Origin: Paraspadella gotoi
Taxonomy: Eukaryota > Animalia > Chaetognatha
DNA: 11,363 bases
Direction of reading: 5' to 3'
NCBI GenBank assembly: GCA_051294375.1
Contig: JBJCIZ010001327.1
Span: 1 to 11,363 of the forward strand
The position numbers and the translations under genes are program-made. This document shows positions 7,729-11,363 of the stretch, piece after piece. Position 1 is the first letter of the stretch; every line of letters begins with the position of its first letter. The notes beneath the pieces were generated by a model. It searched no databases, was not told the origin of the DNA, and saw nothing but the letters and a program-made list of their open reading frames with translations.

Positions 7729-7962
7729 TCCCCGGGGCGGTTGCTGGGGGCGGGCCCCGCGGAGTGGCCCCGCGGGGCCGCCCCGAGGGCAGGCAAAATC
7801 TTTACCTGAGCCTGGGGGCGGCCCCCTGTAAGCCTCTTTTTTGGGGCCCCAAGGGCCACTCCAGGCGGGGGAAATCCTCCCTGGGGCCTAGAAAAACCTT
7901 CTCCCCGCGGGGGCCACCCCCCAGGGGGATGGATTATTCCTGCCGCGCGGGCTGGAACGCAG
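7729..7962. other. GC-rich island of G/C runs and short palindromes (island 1)
   Basis: GGCCCCGCGGGGCC, GGGGGCGGCCCCC, GGGGCCCC and CCCCGCGGGG within ~230 bp, sharply different from its flanks. Confidence 0.75.
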
Positions 7963-8163
7963 CCTCTCTCTCCCCTCCTATTCTCTCTTCCTCTCTTCTC
8001 CTCTCTTCGTACGTTTCTCTCCCTCTGTTTCTCTCTCTCATCTTTTCTATATCATTTTTTTTTCATCTTTAACATTATAATAACAAAATATAAATTAAGT
8101 ATTTTTCACTTCTATTAAATCAATCAATGGACCAATAGCTGTACACCAAACGATACTGCATAA

Positions 8164-8332
8164 ATTATTGGTCAAGCTTACATAATTTAGTGCAAATGAC
8201 ATAATTTGGATCACCGTGACATAATTTGGTACAACTAATATAATTAAGTCAACTTTTAGAATTTGGTAAAAACTTTTATAATTTGGTAAAAACTTGTGAA
8301 TTAATTTGGTTAAACTTTAACCAATTTGGTGC
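8164..8332 (+). repeat. ~19-20-bp minisatellite, block 1 (consensus ~ATAATTTGGTAAAACTTTT)
   Basis: Nine cores starting at about 8164, 8182, 8201, 8221, 8240, 8258, 8278, 8301 and 8321. Confidence 0.85.
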
Positions 8333-8485
8333 ACTAAGCAAAGTCTTGTGGTGAATTGTTTTATGATAATAAGAGCAAAGAATTTATGTATAGAGGAAGA
8401 GGCTGTTACGATTGTTCGTTGTATTGGGGGCAATTAGGAGAAAACAATTTTGTTATTGTAGTTTTGGACAGAACAAAATTTTTTT

Positions 8486-8668
8486 ATAATTTAGTCATTT
8501 ACCTTAATTTTGGTTAACCTTCATAGAATTTTCTTTAACTTTGTAATAAATTAGGTGAACTTTGTATAAGTATTGGTAAACTTTCAGTACAATTTGGTAA
8601 AATTTATATTATGGTAAACTTTCCCATCATTTTGGTAAAAGGCTTGTATTATAGTTGTGGTAAATTTT
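8486..8668 (+). repeat. ~20-bp minisatellite, block 2 (more degenerate)
   Basis: About nine AATTTGGTAAA-like cores at about 8486, 8505, 8525, 8547, 8569, 8589, 8606, 8628 and 8653. Confidence 0.75.
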
Positions 8669-9468
8669 TATAGATTTAAAATCAACTTAACATAGAGTAT
8701 CGATCAACTTTAAGTCCAATCCTAAGTATAGAGACATAAAACTCTAATTATTGTAATTTAGATAGAATGGATTGGAATAAAATTTTGTATATGGGTAAGA
8801 AAATATGTGATTGAAGCGAGATATTAAAGTATTTGCTATAACTTTGTCTCTCAAAACCGTCAGCCTCTGCTTTAACAACGTGAGTAGGTCATGCATAGGC
8901 AATCTTAAACAAAACTGATGATTATTAATTACAGAAGATCCTAAATGAATAAATATTTTATTTCACGAATGTGCAATAATATTGATCATGAAAATTAAAA
9001 AATCATTGATAAATAATTTTTAATTATTTTTTGTGGGAACTCATAATTCACTAAGAAAGTAGGTGTGTTGGTTCATTGCCTATTATTAGTGGTGGTGATT
9101 TATTTAATATCCTTTTTTTGAAGCATCCAAATTATGAATATTATTTTAAAAAATTTGTCTCTCTCTATCAGTCCATGCAGTATGTCGATCCAACAAAAAA
9201 AAACGAAAAAAGAAATTAAAAAATAAGAAAAAAAAAGACAGATGACTGGATTTAGCTTTTTACCACTAAATTTTTTGGCCACGTCCTAACATTGTTGCTC
9301 AAACTTGTTTCTAATATCTTTTAATTAAATAAAATAATTTGGGTAAAAAACAAATATTATAATTTTTAAGATAAAATAAGGAATAAACAAATTACACAAA
9401 TTTGAAAAAAATGTATATTTAATTCAGTTACATGAAGACAAGTCTTGGAAAAGAAGAAACAATTATTT

Positions 9469-9620
9469 GAGAGAGAAGAAAAAAGAGAGAGAGAAAAAAA
9501 GAAAGAGAGAATGAGAAAAGCAGAAAAAAAAGAAAGAGAGAACAGAGAAAGAGAGAGAGTAGAAAAAAAAAGTAAGGAGAAGAGAGAGAGAGAGAGAGAG
9601 TAATCCAAGATAGGGAGAGA
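9469..9620 (+). repeat. GA/A-rich purine tract with (GA)n
   Basis: GAGAGAAGAAAAAAGAGAGAG...GAGAGAGAGAGAGAGAGAG. Confidence 0.85.
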
Positions 9621-9696
9621 TATTCTCAGATACAATAACATAGTCAGAAAGTATAAACTTTTCCTCATCTATAAACTTTGCTCTCTTCCCTAAACT

Positions 9697-9968
9697 CGCC
9701 CCTGGGGGAGCAAGTTTTTTGCTCCCAAGGGGTTACCACGCGCGAGGGGCAGACCTTTTTTTGGCCCCAAGGGAGGCCTAAGACATCTAGGGGCGCCCCT
9801 AATAGGAACCCCAAAATGTTGGCGACCCAAGGGGGAAACCCCCCTGGGGCGGCCCCCTGAGGCAATCCAGAAGGGGGCGGCCCTCAATGACCATTTTACA
9901 GCTCCCCCCCTGGAATTAGCCTTGCCCCTGGGGCGCCCCTAAGACCAGACCCGCGGGGGGCGGGAGGA
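9697..9968. other. GC-rich island of G/C runs and hairpins (island 2)
   Basis: 8-bp stem GGGAGCAA/TTGCTCCC (9706-9726), perfect palindrome TAGGGGCGCCCCTA (9788-9801), GGGGGAAACCCCC, and GGGGCGCCCC again at 9930-9939. Confidence 0.75.
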
Positions 9969-9982
9969 TTTAGGAGAGATGA

Positions 9983-10180
9983 ACAATAATCTCCTCGATG
10001 AGGCAGTTCTGGTGAGGTAGTCCGACCCGACCGGCCGCGACCGCCGACCCGCGCCCGCCCTGAAAATGCACCGACGGAGCGACCTGGAGCAGCGGCGTTA
10101 ACGGGTGAAGCGGACTTTCTATGGGCAAGCGCCGTAGTCCTTATCTATGGAGCAAAGCGGCGTCGAGGAGCGACGGCGCC
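9983..10180 (-). pseudogene. Possible decayed Kunitz/BPTI-domain exon
   Basis: Minus strand reads LCSIDKDYGACP* (C-x8-C with G-x-C, as in BPTI C5-C14). Frameshifted fragments NAAAPGRSV..F, GG[R]G, YLT and NCLIE follow. Preceded by a T-rich tract and CAG. Confidence 0.3.
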
Positions 10181-10267
10181 CTGATTTATAATTAATGAGC
10201 GAAATAAAAAAAAAGGAAAAAATTTCTGTGGCGTCGCGAAATTTTCGTCCTTCGTTTTTGGGTACGT

Positions 10268-10307
10268 CCGTCGTCGTCGTCGTCTTTTATCGTCGTCGTT
10301 ATCGTCG
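10268..10307 (+). repeat. (TCG)n microsatellite
   Basis: CGTCGTCGTCGTCGTC...TCGTCGTCGTTATCGTCG. Confidence 0.8.
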
Positions 10308-10585
10308 ATGGCTTCTGTTTTGGGTCTTTTTCTGCCAGTTGGCCAACGCCCACGCAAACTCTCTTTCTTTCTTCAACCTACAATCGACCTCACCATTAAA
10401 ATGGTGAGTTTTCTTTCCTCAAAATTAACTTGTTCAACCCAATTTTTTTATTTTTTTTTTGTATACTCCGGCCTCGAAAATCGCTGGATTTCCACGTCAG
10501 TAGGACCATGACGCCAAAAGAGTGAAAGAATTTTGGAGGGAGTCCAGTGAATCCGGGAATGACGACGTTCCAAATGGAAGAAAAA

Positions 10586-10622
10586 CGACGACGACGACGA
10601 CGACGAAAACGACGACGAACGA
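10586..10622 (+). repeat. (ACG)n microsatellite
   Basis: ACGACGACGACGACGACGACGAAAACGACGACGAACGA. Confidence 0.85.
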
Positions 10623-10975
10623 TTCGCGAATGATTCACTTTAAATGCTTCCTTTATTTTTCTGGCCTCTGAAACGGAAAAAAAATAAGGCGAAGACATAA
10701 AGACGTAGTTTTTCCACCCACAGTCGGGCAATTCCATCGACGCCTTATCACCCAGGGGGCGCGCTGAGGCGGCGACATTGCGAAAGAGAGAGGTTATTGT
10801 ACGTTTTAGTCGTTTGGCCACATTGAGGCGCTTAGGTTCGCGAAAAAGAACAGTACGGATTAAAAAAAAAATTAGCAATAGATTATAGAACCATATATTT
10901 TCCTTTTAACGATTTTTGTGGCTTGTTGCGCGTCCACATTTTTTCATAATCTATTTAAGTAAGTAGACAGGGATT

Positions 10976-11287
10976 TCACAATGAAACCAAAGTGGATATT
11001 TATTTCACTAAGAACAAGCGCAAGACGGTGTCAGATTGAGAAGAGTGACTCAAAGAGAAAAAGAGAGACTCTTTAATAAAGGGGGTGAAGTAGAAAAGAA
11101 GCCAGATTCCTCTTACCCGGAATCCTCCTCTTCCTCTTCTAAACCTTTTTTCCTCTTCCGGAAAGTATTGTTCCTTTTCTGGATTTGGCTTCCAAATCCC
11201 ATTCAAGATCATTCCAGAATCTTCTTCCTTTCCGGAATCCTCTTCCTTAATCCTTTCCTCTGTTTCCGGGTTTCATTCATACTGTGA
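10976..11287 (-). mobile_element. 3' LTR of a second LTR retrotransposon (minus strand)
   Basis: On the minus strand it follows a PPT. Terminal inverted repeats are TCACA-gtatga-ATGAAACC ... GGTTTCAT-TGTGA. Inside are TATA-like TATTAAA (~11072-11078), initiator-like TCACTC ~30 nt downstream, and AATAAA (10999-11004) near the end. Alternative TG...CA boundaries are 10982-11275. Confidence 0.65.
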
Positions 11288-11291
11288 TGCG

Positions 11292-11303
11292 TCCCCCCTC
11301 CTC
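11292..11303 (-). promoter_or_regulatory. Polypurine tract of the second element
   Basis: Minus strand GAGGAGGGGGGA, 4 nt upstream of the inverted-repeat-bounded segment. Confidence 0.65.
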
Positions 11304-11363
11304 AGAGCGACGGGCGTACGTGGTCAGTCGGTAGCGGAGTGGGGATGGATATGAAGATCTTAT

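Noticed and set aside
6807-8072. Plus-strand ORFs of 214, 172 and 129 aa as real genes
   Set aside because: Dominated by S/L/H/R/V runs from CT and TCG repeats or G/P/R from the GC island, mostly with non-ATG starts.
8164-8668. CRISPR-like array (conserved core with variable spacers)
   Set aside because: Cores are ~10 nt and linkers ~10 nt, far below CRISPR sizes. Linkers resemble each other, there are no cas genes, and the context is eukaryotic.
10396-10878. 160-aa minus ORF, including a faint HMG-box-like fragment (MSPPQRAPW...KA...NYVF)
   Set aside because: The HMG resemblance needs two frameshifts and lacks the N-terminal helices. The ORF has a non-ATG start and crosses a trinucleotide repeat.

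Overview
Eukaryotic (probably invertebrate or protist) repeat-rich DNA. Bases 3-4721 hold an uninterrupted Ty3/Gypsy-type LTR-retrotransposon pol frame with domain order protease-RT-RNase H-integrase. The frame is open from the window edge, so gag and the 5' LTR lie upstream. The most unusual feature is a ~290-aa insert between RNase H and integrase. By eye it reads as an OTU (deubiquitinase)-like domain lacking its catalytic Cys and His, followed by an AT-hook and an acidic patch. At the right end (10976-11363, minus strand) is the 3' end of a second, convergent LTR element: polypurine tract, then a ~300-bp LTR with TATA-like, initiator and AATAAA motifs and possibly non-canonical TC...GA termini. 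The ~6 kb between them is mostly non-coding: GA/CT tracts, a 700-bp polypyrimidine block, TCG-rich DNA, two palindrome-rich GC islands, a split ~20-bp minisatellite and a few possible decayed exons (Kunitz-like, zinc-finger-like). No rRNA, tRNA or CRISPR array was seen. All domain calls are by-eye motif recognition, not database searches.
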